From assembly GCA_004431415.1 (NCBI GenBank), contig QPMI01000152.1, positions 1-64,000 on the forward strand: DNA of 64,000 nt, written 5' to 3'. Positions 34,901 through 49,700 of this stretch are shown here, piece after piece. The notes under the pieces were generated by a model. It saw only the letters and a program-made list of their open reading frames with translations. It was not told where the DNA came from and made no database searches. Source of the stretch: Cyanophora paradoxa CCMP329. Lineage: Eukaryota; Plantae; Glaucophyta. The position numbers and the translations under genes were made by a program. How positions within the stretch are numbered: the stretch's first letter is position 1; each line of letters opens with the position of its first letter.

Positions 34901-37900
34901 CCCCGACCCCGCCCTCGTCGCCGAGGGGTACCTCCCCATCCACGACCCCCTCCGCGGCGTCGACGTCGGCACCCTCATGGCCCGTACCCCCCGCCCCTCC
35001 CTCCCATTTCCTCCCCGCGGCTGAGCGGCGCCGCAGGTGGCGGTGGCGATGGGCACGGGGCGCCAGGTGGCCGCCCTTCGCCGCCGCCTGCAGGCCGGCG
35101 CCGCCCTCCGCCGATTCGGCGCCCACGACCCCTCGTCCGCCGCCCCCGCCCCCCCCGCATTCCCGCGCCCCGCCTCACGCGCCGCAGGGCCGCCGCTCGC
35201 CGGCGCCGCTCGCGGCCGGACCGCACCGGATCGAGGCGGCGGCGGCGGCGGCGCGCGCCCCGTCGCCGGCCGGCGCCGCGCGGCACATCTTCTCCATCAC
35301 CGTCTCCTCCGCCTCGGCCTGCCCCACGCCGCCGGTGCGGCGCCCGCGCCCCCCGCCCGCCCTTCCCCGTCCCGCGCCTGGCCCCGCCCGAGCCCGCGGC
35401 AGCCGGCTGGCGGTGCGGTACCTGTTCCCGCGGGAGGCGGGTACGTGCAGACGCCGGCGGCGGCGGGGGTGCCGGAGCCGCGGTTCGAGTGGGCGGCGGA
35501 GCACGCGGTGCCGGCCTCGGCGCACCTGGAGGCGCACCTCGGCCTCCCGCCGCCCGCGAGCTCCGCCTCGACCTGCTCGAGCTGCTCCCCGGGGGCGCCG
35601 GCGAGCGCCCCGCCGCCCACGCCTACCTGCCCCTCGCCGAGCTCGTCGCCCTCGCCGCCTCCCGCGACGGTCCGCCCGCCCCGCCCCGCCCGAGTGCCCG
35701 CCGCCCACGCGCCCCGCAGCGGAGGGCGCCCCCGCGCGGCCCTTCTTCCTCCCGCTGGAGGCGGTGGAGGGCCGCCCGTGGCCCCGGGCCCGCCTCTGCG
35801 TCGCCGTCGCGCACGCCCTCGAGGGCCCGCCCCCGGCGCGCGCCCCCGCAGCCCCGTGCGCGGCGGCCGGCCCCGCAGCGCCTCGCCGCCCCGCGCCCCG
35901 CGGAGCATCTACGCGATACCCCTTCCCGTGGACGTCACGCTGCACGTCGAGCTGCTCCGCGCCTCGGGCCTCGGCGCCGCCCTGGAGGCAGCCCTCGCGG
36001 CCGGCGGGCCCGAGGCGCCGGCTCTGCGGGCCGCCCTCCGCGAGGGCGCCAACCCCTACGCCCTCTTCGCCCTCTACGGAGGCCCCCCGGGCTCCCTGCG
36101 CGAGCTCTGCGCCCCCGTCCGCACCCGCACCGTGACCGCCACCTTCGACCCCGAGTTCGGAGCCCGCGAGGTCCCCTTTCCCCCGCCCTCTCCGCCGCCC
36201 GCCGCCGCCCACGCGGGGCCGCGCCGCAGGTCCTGCAGCTCCGCGTCGGCCGCGAGGTCGTCGACTCGCTCCGCTCCGGCTGCGTGCGCCCCGGCTGCCC
36301 CCCTCGCCGGCCCTCGCCCGCCCTCCCGCCGACGCGGCGCGCAGGCGGAGGTGCAGGTGTGGCACCGCCGGCGCACGGCGAGGCCGGCGGCGGCGACGTG
36401 CTCCTCGGGACGGCGGCCGTGCCCCTCCACGAGCTCCTCGAGCGCGAGGGCCGCCTCGCCGGCTGGCTCGAGCTGCGCGGCCCGGCCCGCGGCGCCGCCC
36501 CCGCCGGCTCCCTCGAGCTCGCCGTCTCCGTCGCCTTCGCGGGCGCGACCCGGCCGGCCTCCCCGGCGCCCGCCCCGCCCCGCGCGCCCGCCGCTCCCTG
36601 GAGCTCTCGCCCTCCCGGCGCCGCTCGCCCTCCCCGGCCCCGCCCCCGCGCTCCTGGGCCTCTGCCGCCTCGACGACGACGGCTCCGCCGTGGCGCAGGC
36701 GCCGGCCCCGCCGAGCCGGCCGCGGCGCCCCGGGCGGCCTCGCCGACGCGGGGCGGGAGGAGGCGGCGCCCGGGTGGGCGCTGCCGGGCGGGGGCCCCGT
36801 GCGGCTCACGGTGGAGGTGGCGACGCGCTGCTGCCCAAGGCCGAACTCGACCGCCTCGTCGACGCGGCGCGCTGCGCGGCGGCCGCCGGCGGGCCCGCCC
36901 GCCCCTGCCCCGCTACTTCGCCGAGGTCCAGCTCCTCCCGGGGGCCGAGCGGGCGCGGAGCCGGCCGCTGGAGCCCGAGCTCCCCTCGGGCCTCGTCCGC
37001 TGCCGCGCAGAGGCGGCCCACGAGCTCGTGCCCGACGCCGCCTTCTTCCGCTGGCTCGACCGCGAGCCGCTCGCCGTCCGCCTCCTCCGCGGGGACGGCG
37101 AGCGGCCCGTGGAGGTCGCCCGCGCCGCCCTCGACCTCCGCGCCTTCGTCCAGGCCCAGCCGGCCGCCCGCTGGGTCGAGGGCTCCTTCCCCCTCGAGGA
37201 CGGCGGCGGCGGCCCCGCCACCGGCCGCCTCGCCGTCCGCGTCGCCCTCGAAGAGGCCCCCCGCCGCCTCGCCGAGCGCGGCCGGCCCCGCTCCCGCGGC
37301 CCCCGCGCCGCCGCCTCCGGAAGCGGCAGCCGCTGCTCGAGCTGCGGGAGCGAGCGGCCGGCGCCGCCGCGGGGCGCTCGCCCTCGGGGAGCCCCGTGCG
37401 GGTCGGGAGCGAGGCGGGCCGCTCGGCGCCGCCGACGCCCAAGCCCGAGCTCGTCTTCGTGAGCGCCTCGCGCGGGGGCCGGGCCGCGTGGCGGGACCGC
37501 GGCGACGGCGCCATCGTCTCGCGCCACTTCGACGCCGACGCCGACGAGGCCGCCGACGGCGCCGACGGGGGCCCGCGGGGGTACAACACCATCGAGGTGG
37601 CCGTGGAGCGCGCCGCGCACCTCCCGCTCGTCGCGCTCGCCACGGGGGAGCTCCTGGGCCCGCCCAACGCGTACGTCACCTACCGCTGGGACGCCCGCGG
37701 CGACGCCGTCTGCACGCCGGTCGTCGAGGAGGTCAGGGCACCCCGCCCCGCCCCCCGCCCCGCCCCGCCCCGCCTGACGCGGGGTGCAGAGCTCGACGCC
37801 GGCGTGGCACCACGCGCGCTCTTTGCCCGTGCGGGTGACCCGCTCGGTGCTGGCGCGCATCAAGGACCGGCCCCTCGTCTTCAACGTCTGGCACAAGCCG

Positions 37901-40651
37901 GACCCCCCGGCGCACCACGGCCCGGGCGCCCTCCACCCGGGGGCCGAGGCCGGCGGGGAGGACCGGCTGATCGGCTCGGCGCACGTCGACCTCTCGCCGC
38001 TCCTCGCCGGCATGCGCGAGCTCGCCGGGTGGTACCACATCCTCGACGCCCGCCACCAGCGCCGCGGCCAGCTCAAGGCACGCCCCGCCGCTCGCCCCTC
38101 CACCCCGCCCCGCGCCATCTGACGCGGCGGGGCGCGGCGGGCAGGTGCGGGTCGTGCCCTCGCGCGAACTCGGGAGCCCCGCCCGCTGGGAGCCGAGCTT
38201 CCGCCCCGTCTCCCCCGCCGCCTCCCTCCTCGGCTTCGGCCACGGCTACGGCTACGGCTACGACGAGCCGGCGCCGCCGCCGCGGGCGCCCTCGCCGGCC
38301 CGGCCCCGCTCCCGCGCCGGCTCCGCCAGCGCCGCCCACGAGGCCGCCGCCGCCCGCGAGGAGTCGCCCCGCGGGCGCGCCCCCTCCCCGGTCCCCTCCG
38401 CGGCGGCAGCCGCGGCGGGGCCCTACGCCATCCGCGCCGAGCGCGTCTACAACATCTACGGTGGCTCCAACAACATCATCAGGTCCGGCCCCGGCCCCCG
38501 CCCCGCCTTTAACGCTTCGCCCGGAGCCGACGCCGGCCGGCACGCAGCGACGCCGCCGGCGCGACGGCCGCCGGCCCCGCCGCGGCCGCCGGCCCCGCGC
38601 CCCCCGCCGAGGCCTCCGCCGAGGGAGCCTCCCGGTACACCCGCCCGCCCAGCGGCCCCTTTGGCCCGCCCGCCCGCCTGCCGCCTGACGGGCCGGCAGG
38701 CCGCCCTCGCGCCGCTCCTCGCGGCCGGCGTCGCCCTCGGGCCGCGGCGGCGTGCGCTTCGAGGGCGGGGAGGGGCCGGAGGAGGCGCCGGGCCCCGCCG
38801 TGCACCTCTCGTGGTCGTCCCTGCGGCGCAACCTCGACGACCTGGAGGACATCAACACCCGCCTCCAGCGCCGCCTCGACGCCCGCGACGCCCGCGCCCC
38901 GGCCACGCCGCCGCCGCCGCCGCCTCCGCAGCCCGCGACGGCGACCGCGCCCTGAGCGCCGCCCTCCGCCTCCTCGGCCGCCACGGGAGCCCAGCGGTCC
39001 GCCCCCGCGCGCCCGCCCGCACCGCTTCTCTGAAGCCGGGGCGGGGCGCGCAGAGGCGGTGGCGGAGCGGGGGCGGCACGCGCGGGCCTTCCACGTCCGC
39101 TCCCCGTCCCGCTCCGCCTCCCCCGTCCGCCGCTCCGTGCGCGCGGCGGCGCCCCGGCCCCCCGGGCCACCTGCTGTCCCTCGCCCCTGCAGCTGACCCT
39201 TCTCGGCCCCGGCAGGCGTCGTTCGCGCGCGTCCGCCCGGCATCACCGCCCCGCTCCCCCATCCGCGTCGTCCCCGGTGCGCGCGCGCGCCTCGGGGCCC
39301 GCCCATACCGCCGCTTTCCTATCTAGCTGAAGCCAGCGGGCCTTGCCTAGACCTCGTCCAAGTTTTTCGAGTTCTCAACCGGCCTGATAGTATAGCGGCT
39401 AGTACACCGCTTTAACACAGCGGAGATCCGGGTTCGATTCCCGGTCGGGCTATTGCTTCCGTTTTCCCTGGCCTCGGGTCCGGCCGGGTATGGTTCTGCA
39501 GCCGGGCTTTTTTTCGCAACCGGCCTGATAGTATAGCGGCTAGTACACCGCTTTAACACAGCGGAGATCCGGGTTCGATTCCCGGTCGGGCTATCGTCTC
39601 GCTTTTCCAATCCGCTGGCGCCCCTTTCCGCGCTGACTTTTTTCTGCTCAGCGCGCTCGCGCTCGCCGGAGCGCGCGCGGAAGCCGCTCGAGGAGCGGAA
39701 ACACTACGACGAGCGCGTTTTCAGGGCCACGACAAGCGGCCGCCGACGCGAATCCAGCAGCAGCAGCAGCAGCGACGACGACGACGAGCTCCATGGCGTC
39801 GGCCCGAGCGGCAGCTCCTACCGCGCCGAAAAGTGCGCACTCGCCGGCGCAGCCTCCGTGCTCCGCGGGAGCTGACCGCGCCCCGGCAGGCTCAGGCGGA
39901 GCGAGGAGAAGCAGCGCGCGCTCCGCCGGCGCTACGTGGGCGAGGCGGTGCGCCTCTCGCACGACGGCGGGCGGCCCGCCTCCCGCTCGCCGCCGCGGGT
40001 CCGCCCGGCCTCGCCGCCGCGCTCGAGCTCGCCCGTGCGCGTCGTCCGCGCCGGGCCGCCGCCGGAGTCGGCTCTGGCGACGGACATCCTCCGCCGCTCG
40101 CGCGAGGCGCTGCGCCGCTCCTACGACGGGGAGCGGCCGCTGCGCAGCAGCCTCTCGCGGTCGCCTCCGCGGGCCGGCGCCGGCTCGCCGCCGCGCTCGC
40201 CGGTGCACGTGAGCCGCGCCGACGTGCTGGACGCGCTCCGCTCGAGCGCCGAGGTCGCCCGCGACGGCCTCACCGCCACCCGCCGCTCCCGCGAGGCCTC
40301 TCCCCGTCCGCCGCTCCCTCTCGCCGACGCGGCGCCCCGGCTCGCCGGCGCGGGGCGCGCCCTCGGCGGTTGCGGCGCTGGCCGACGCGTACCGCGAGGC
40401 GCGCGACGAGGCGGCGCGCCCGCGCTCGCGCTCGCCCTCGCGCTCGCCCCCGCGGGGCCGGGCGGCGGCCGGCGAGCGCTCGCCGCCGCCGCCGGCCGCG
40501 CGCTACTCCTCCACGGAGGCCGCCCTGCGCCTCCTCGAGGAGAAGTACCGCACCCTCCGGCTCCAGCAGGAGGCCCGCCCCGCTCCCCGCCCCGCGCCCT
40601 GCGCCCCGCGACCCCCGCTGATTGGCTCTCCCTTGCAGGCCGACCGCCAGC

Positions 40652-40682
<31 letters not shown>

Positions 40683-40836
40683 GGCCGCGGCCGCGGCCGC
40701 CGCGTCGGAGTCGAGCAGCAGCCCGGAGGCGGCGGCGCGGCCCTTCCACGTGCCCGGGGCCGGCCTCCCGCCGCGGCCCTCGCGGGACCCCCAGACGGAG
40801 CGCATCGCCCGCATCATGGGCTCCAAGTTCCGCTGA
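31919..40836 (+). CDS. C2CD3: C2 domain-containing protein 3 (distal centriole/basal body protein) ortholog, multi-exon
   Basis: N-terminal [32 protein letters not shown]|DMDMLSLDV; several C2 domains ([53 protein letters not shown]|V); [11 protein letters not shown]; C-terminal ERIARI motif. All resemble animal C2CD3 as recalled. Confidence 0.85.
39381..39452 (+). tRNA. tRNA-Val (anticodon AAC), copy 1
   Basis: Cloverleaf: acceptor GGCCTGA/TCGGGCT, D-arm GTAT/GTAC, anticodon stem CCGCT/AGCGG with loop TTAACAC, T-arm CCGGG-TTCGATT-CCCGG, discriminator A, downstream T-run. Confidence 0.95.
39522..39593 (+). tRNA. tRNA-Val (anticodon AAC), copy 2, identical to copy 1
   Basis: Same 72-nt sequence, preceded by the same CAACC and followed by TTTT. 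Confidence 0.95.
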
Positions 40837-41189
40837 GGCCCCGGGGCGCCGCCGCCCCGCGCCGTCCAAAATAGGCTCCGTTGACCTTAGTTGTACATTA
40901 TTTTCAAGTGCATTTTGCTCGTCTAGCTCTAGGGTTGTGGATTCGAGCGGCTTCGATTCCCTGCGGGCGCGGGGCGCTTACTTTGTTGTGCACGTGGGCC
41001 CGAGCGCACGCACGCGACATTATGAATGAAAGAAAGCTGTGAGATAGATTTGAGAGGATGCGCGGGCTGATCCCCTCGCACATAAAGATACACTGCAGCT
41101 GGCACTAGCACTAGCTCTGGGTCTGGTCCTGGGGTGAAATTCGGAGAGGGAGAAAGCAGCAGGGCCCCGAGCTGGGGCGGGGGGTCGGC

Positions 41190-43173
<1,984 letters not shown>

Positions 43174-43700
43174 CTTCGGAAGAGTCGCTGGTTTGCCGAC
43201 GCGAGCTTGGCTGGGTCCAACCGGCTAAAGGTCAACCGCGGCTAAAGCAGCGCGTGCGGAACCCCCCTCGGCTCGCCTCCCCCCAAAGCGAAAAAACGAA
43301 AACAAAAAGCGAAACCCGGGTACAGGAGATCCGGGTAAAGTTACCCGTGACAGCAGGCTCCTCGATGGAAGGCGCTAGCGTTCGCGGCGGTGGCACAAGA
43401 CCGCAAGCTGCTTCCATCCATACGACGCACCTACCGAATGTCGCAGCACGTACCCCACGGTCCCCACGCGCTAGTCTGCTGAAGGGCCGGGGCCTGCAGC
43501 TGGCGCGGGAACTCGAGCAACCAGCTGCAACCTGCAGCTGCTCGCGCGCAAGATGTCTCGAAGAAGTTCCATCTCGAAATACGTGCGCGTGCTCACTGCC
43601 ATCGCCGCGCGCGAGCACGCGGCATCGTCGTCGCTCCGACTCGCCTTCCGGTTCGTCTAACCGCGTCGCACGCGTTCCTCAGATCGTTCCTAGTCCCGGC

Positions 43701-46700
43701 ATGCCGTCCGTAGGCGTAGGCGACGACGGCGGCGCCGTCGGCACGTCGGCGCTGAACGGCGCCGGCGCACCCACGCGTACGGCGCCGGCGGAGATATCTA
43801 TTGCGATGGACAAACTGGAAACTGGCTCGGTTCATTCGGCGGCCACCGGCACGGAGTCGCAGATCCGTGCGCCAGCGCTTAAGCTTGCTGAACAGCGCGG
43901 CGCTAGCACTTGCGCTGGCCGGCTGCGGCCGCGGTGCAGATGGCGGCCGCGGCGCGCCCGGCCTCCACCTCTAGATCTTGCGCATATGCATGCAATATAA
44001 ATAATGGCCTGATCTCTTTTTCCTGCGCGCCCGGCCCGGCACGCGCAGTGATGGAGATGGAGGGGCTGCAAGAGCGCAAGACGGTGCGCAGGCCGCGGCC
44101 TTTGACCTGCAGCTGCTGCCGAAGCCGCTGGCCATGGCACCGCGCGCGCTGCCGATCCCTGACCCCTCGCGGCGGGCAGGAGGACGCGCTGTTCGGAACC
44201 CTCTTCACAATGACCTCCCGTTCGTTCCGCGCCGCACGTGCACCCGCAGCATGAGAGGGGAGCTCATGATCGCGCCGCCCGGGGCACGCAGGAAACTCCC
44301 AGACCAAGACCCGCCTCTCCACCCGGTGCGCTCGAATTCGAATCCGATCGCGAAGACGCGTCGACGTCCATCGAAGGGCGCGCTCGCGAGCTCACGGCCG
44401 GCCGGCAGGGTGCTGGTCTTCCTCTTCTTCACGCTCCTCGACTTCGTCCAGCTCATCGGCCTCGCCTACGACGACACCGTTTGGAGCCACGACGTCGTCG
44501 GTGCGGCCCCGGAGCCTGCGCCGGCGCCGGCGCTCGATCCCGAATCAACGCTGACGCGTCGCAGGCTGGCTCTCCTTCCTGTTTGAGATCACCAAGGTTC
44601 GAATTCGATCCCCGGCGCCGGCGGGGCGGCTCCCGCTCGGGGCTCGAGCCCCTTCGCGATCGTTCGCAGCGGCTGAACGCGCTGGGCCGCCTCTGGATGG
44701 TCGCCTTCTACTACATCGCCGCCGTCGCCGTGCTCACCGCCCTCGGCCTCCTCATCTACGTCGGCGTCCTCTTCAAGGTGCGAGCGAGAGCTCGAAACGC
44801 GGCCCCTTCGGCCCCCGGCAGCGAACGCCCGCTCAACCAGCGCCTGCCCGCAGCGCGACCGCTTCCAAATGCTGCCGGTGAAAGCCCTCCGCATCCTCGT
44901 CACGATCCTCGTCACGGTGCGTGCGGGGGATACGTGCGCGCCCAGCTGCGCGACGCCGCGCCGGACCCCGGGCCGCCCCCCGTGCTGACGCGGGGCCCGC
45001 GGCCGCGATCTCGTCAGGCGCTGTACATCACGGTGCTGGAGATCCTCATCGCCCCCTTCGACTGCGTCTTCTCGGGCACCTGCCTCGAGATCGGCAGCCT
45101 CGTCCAGGCGAGTCCGTCGCGAGCCCGAGCCCCCCCGCGTGGAAACTTTTGACTTTACGCGCCTTAAAGCGAACCGGGCGATCAAGAAGCGAACCCGTCG
45201 CTCGGCGCTGATCCCCCCCCCCGCCCCCGCCCCCCGCAGATGGGCATCTCGCTCTTCCTCCTCCTCGTCTTCATGCCCTTCTGCCTCCTCATGTCCCTCG
45301 TCTTCCACGACCACGAGGCCCGCCCCGCCCCGCCGCTTCGGCTCTGGCCCCTTCCCTTCCCTTCCCTCCGCTGACGCGGCGCCGGCGCCCCTTCGCTCGA
45401 GCAGGTCCACTCCCCTGACCTCGAGTCCCGTGCGTAGTCGGCGCCCCACTCCTCCCCCGCCCGCCTAACGTGTGGCTGACGCGCGGCACGGCAGGCCCCA
45501 CGGGGCGCGGCGACCTGCTCTACCTCGCCTCCCGTACGGTCCTCGTGCTCGCCCGCCGCTTCCTCTGGCCCTACAGGCGCGCCCGAAGCCCGTGGCCATC
45601 CCGCTTCGGGTTCGGCCACCGATTCTACTCTGCCTCGCAGCCCGAGCTTCGTCGGGGTGCTCGTCGGCCTCGCCGCCGGCCTGCAGTCGGGGTACACGGC
45701 CGTCCTCCTCCCCTACTACCGCCGCCCCATCAACACCTTCAAGGCCTGGCTGTGCGCGGCAGCGGCTCGCGGCCCGGCCCGGCTCGCGAGCTGAGCGGGC
45801 GGCGGGCCGGCGCCGGGGCGGCATGCAGGTTCATGTCGGCGGCGGTCTTCGCGCTGGGGACGGTGGCGCTGCGCAACGCGACGGAGGGCGGGCGCTACGC
45901 CGCCTCCATCGCCGTCCTCGTCGCCCTCGTGCCCCTCGGCGCCGTCAGCGCCGCCCTCGCCGGTGCCCCCGCCCGCGCCCGCGCCCGCGCCCGCGCCCCA
46001 CGGGCTCGGCCTCACATGCGGACCGGCCGCTTCAGAGTTCCGGCACTATCGCATCTCGCGGGCCTTCCTGAGGATCCCCGCCGCGCACGCCGCCGTCCTC
46101 GTCGCCGGCGGCGCCTCGCAGGAGGAGGCCTCAGCCACGGCCGCCGCCGCCGCCGCCGCCGCCGAGGTCGCCGAGGTGCGGGCGGCCCCCGCGGAGTCCG
46201 CGGCCGCCTCCGGGGGGCTCACGGCTCGGCTTTGCCTGTGGGGGCAGAGCACGCACGGCGGCAGCGTGGCGCGCTCCTTCGTCCGCCGCGTCCGCTCCGT
46301 CTCCAAGTCGGTCTCCGCCCTCGGCGGCCCGCTCGCCGCCGCCATCTTCGACACCCGCGAGGTCCGCGCCGCGGGCTTGGCTTCGGGTCTTCGTGGCGCC
46401 GCTGACAGGCGGGCGGGCGGGGCAGGACGGGGAGGGGCGGGAGCTCGGGGGCGGGGCGCCGGGACCCTTCCTCCTCGAGCAGGAGGTGGAGGTGGCGGTC
46501 CGGTTCCTGCGGCTCGCGCGCCAGCCGAGCCCCGCCCTCCTCGACGCCGCCGAGGCCGTCTACAAGCGCGGCATGCAGCAGTTCCCCAAGGTGCGAGGCA
46601 GTCCCTGTCCCCTCGAGCTCGAGCCACCCGCTGACGCGCCTCGCTTCCCGATCGCAGAGCGCCTACGTGCGGTGCGCAGAACTGCGGCGGCGGCGCGCGC

Positions 46701-49700
46701 GCGCAGACTCTGCTCGCCGGTAACGCTGCACGTTCGCGACTGCAGGATCACGTACGCGAGCTTCCTGCAGAGCTACCGGAAGAACATCCCCGGCGGTGCG
46801 CTCTCGATCTCGGCCGGCCCTCGGTCCCGCGGCATCGGTCTGACGGGCGTGCGCGCGGCGGGCGCAGCGATGGTGGCGCTCAAGGACGCGTGGCAGCGGC
46901 TGCCGCCCTTTGACCAGCGCTTCTGGCTCTCCTCCATCCGCCGCTCGTGGGAGCAGATGAACCAGGGGCAGTCGGCCGGGGGCGAGTCCCTCTCCTTCAT
47001 TAAGGTGCCCCCGCCCCCGCCCCGCCGGGATCCCCCTCGACTTCGTTCCTCACGCCGGCCGGGGCCGCAGATGCTCGAGTTCAAGCGGCTTCTCACGGTG
47101 ACCCAGGCGCACCACAACCAGGTCGGCTCTGTTCGCGATCGGCCCTAGGCCTGAGACGCGACTGACGGTCCCGTCCGCCGCCAGGCGGTGGTGCACGTGC
47201 GGACTTTCTGGCGCGGCCTCGCCCGCAAGCGCGTCCTCCTACCCGCCGTCCTCGACAACGTCGGGAAGAAGCTGGAGGAGACCCGCCAGGTCGGCCCCAG
47301 GCGGCTTCAGATCTAGATCTGCGCCGCGGCTGCAAATCTACACATCAAAGTCTGCAGCTGTTCTGACTGCACACGCGTTTCTTCAGGTCAAGTGGAAGGC
47401 CGACGACGGTTACCGCCGCCTCTTGAGTGCGCCTTCCGCCGCATGCGTTCGCGCAGCTGCAGCTGACGCCGGCTGCAGCGCAGTACCCGCAATCGAAGCT
47501 GCTGATCCGCTCCTACGCGGCCTTCCTCCTGCACGTCGGCAACGAGGCGGAGGCGGCCGCCGTCCAGTTCGCCAAGGCCGACGAGATCGAGGAGGTGCCT
47601 TCCGCTTGACGCCGCCGCCGCCGCCGTCGGTTTTCGCGCGCCGGCGCAGCCTTGTACATGTCCAAGCTCACGCCCGTTCGCGCTCGTGGCAGGCGGAGAT
47701 GCGGGAGCGCCTCGCGAACGGCGGGGGCGGCGGCTCGTCCATCGGGACGTCCTCCCAGGGCACCAGCGAGGACAAGGTGCGGGCCGCCGCAGCCGCCGCC
47801 GCACGTCTGTGTCTGCGCGCCGGCGCAGCCGCTCACCGGCCGCGCGCGCGTGCGCGCGCGCGCAGGGCTCCGAGTCCATCGGCTCGAGCCACTCCTCCTC
47901 CGCAAAGCGCAAGGCCGGCTCCGGCGACTTCGGTGCGCGCGCGCCCTCCCATCCGCCCGTCCCTATGCAGCGAGCGCGGCTCACGGGCGGGGGCAGAGAT
48001 CATCCAGCAGGAGAACCTGGCGATGAAGGTCCTCAAGGTCGGCATCGTCCTCGGCATCGGCGCCCTCATGGCCCTCTCCGCCGTCAGCTACGGTCCGCCC
48101 CCTCAAGCTTAAGCCCGCTTCCCCGACGCCCGCCTCTGAGGGCCCTGACACGGTCCGCAGCCGTGATCCGGGACCTCTTCGGGGGGTACGACCAGTCCGT
48201 GAAGCGCAACAAGGGCATCATCGAGCTCCTTCGCATGATCCTCGAGTGCGCCCGCCGCCGCCGCCGCCGGGCGCCCCGCCCCGGCCCCCATACATCTTCT
48301 CCGACGTCGACCGTCGCGACAACCGCGCGCGCGCAGGGCGTGCCACCAGACGCGCTCCCTGAGCCTCGCCGCGCGCGAGAACGACAGGGCCGCGATGGAC
48401 GCGACCGTCGTCTCCCTCTCCACCATGTCCGAGGCGAGCGAGCCAATCATAGATTCGAAACGCTTCCGAGCTCTCGCCCAACCCCCCGCAGACTTTCCTC
48501 GACGCGTTCCGCTCCATCTACATGGGCATCAACGGCGTCACCCGCTCGAGCGACCCCGCCGTCACCAGTGCGTAAATCTAAACGTTTGCGTGGTGCTCTT
48601 ATCATCGCCGTCGATGCAAATGCCGTGCATTCTCCCATCGCAGAGATGTGGACCGAGCAGACCGTCCACATGCAGGTGCCCCGTGCACCACTCACATGGA
48701 CACTTTCACGCGGGCGCTCACCCTTTGGGATCGCCAGAAATACGTGAGCATCCCGCCGGCGCACTACGTCGACACCTACACTTCCCTCTGGGTGCGCCGC
48801 GCGCGAGAATTCGTGCCGAATGAGTGGAGCGCCAGCCTCGGACCGCGGCGGATTTCGTCCGCGTTGGAATACTTATCTGACCGCCCTTGCTTCAACACTG
48901 CAGGACGGGGGCAATCTCTTCGCGACGAAGGCGCGGCAGTTCTCCCACAGCACCGAAGCCGGTGCGAGCGCACGCGCGCGCACGGTCGCGAGTGGCGGTC
49001 TTTGGCCGACCGCCGGCCCGTTGCTTCTTCTTCCCCCGAGCGTTTGCCGCGCCTGCAGACTGGAAGGACGCGCACGCTTCGGACCTCTTCCGCTACGTCA
49101 CGCGCAACGGTGAGCGCGCGCGCGCGTCGCGTCGCGTTGCTGTTTCCGAGTTGAGATGGCTGACTGAACATGTTCGCGCTCGCAGCCATGTACGGCTTCC
49201 AGCAGGCGATGGAGAAGGCCGCCGGCATCTACCAGCAGGAGGTGCTTAAGCTTCCCGTTGCGTGCCATAACCAGCGCTCTGCGCCGGCTCCCCTTCCCGC
49301 GCGCCCCGCGCGAGACGGGCGACGTGGTCATGATCGTGAGCTCGAATAGACTGACGGCGGCGCCCGACAGACAGCTTTAAGGCGATTGGAGGCATCACTT
49401 TAAGGAGGCAGCGGCGGCTCTCTCTCTCTCTCTCTCTCTTTAAGGAGTCGACCCCGCGCCGGCATCGCGCACTATCCCTCGCAATCGGAGCGCTCAGCGC
49501 GAGGTGCTGCTGTTTTTGACGCGCCCCCCTTCGCGCATTTGGGGACCTTCACTCAAGACCTACATTAGCACGGGGACCAGTAAATCCATTCTAGGCATCC
49601 TGCTAGCGCTCTTCATATCGACCATTGCCGGCCTCATCCTCGGCCTGCTCATGGTTCAGCATGCCCGCTATGATTCTGGACCTGCCCCCCCGGCCCCGGC

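Noticed and set aside
35400-37000. Frame changes inside C2CD3 C2 domains without intron signals
   Set aside because: Same homopolymer-indel pattern in extreme-GC sequence, so not called a pseudogene or RNA editing.
38752-38955. C2CD3 ending at TGA 38955 with a separate downstream gene
   Set aside because: An intron ending at CCGCAG (~38931) shifts the frame past this stop, and downstream exons join through to the ERIARI terminus.
39381-39593. Reading the tRNA anticodon as TTA (ochre suppressor) or TAA (Leu)
   Set aside because: The 5-bp stem CCGCT/AGCGG fixes the 7-nt loop TTAACAC with AAC central, which is Val.
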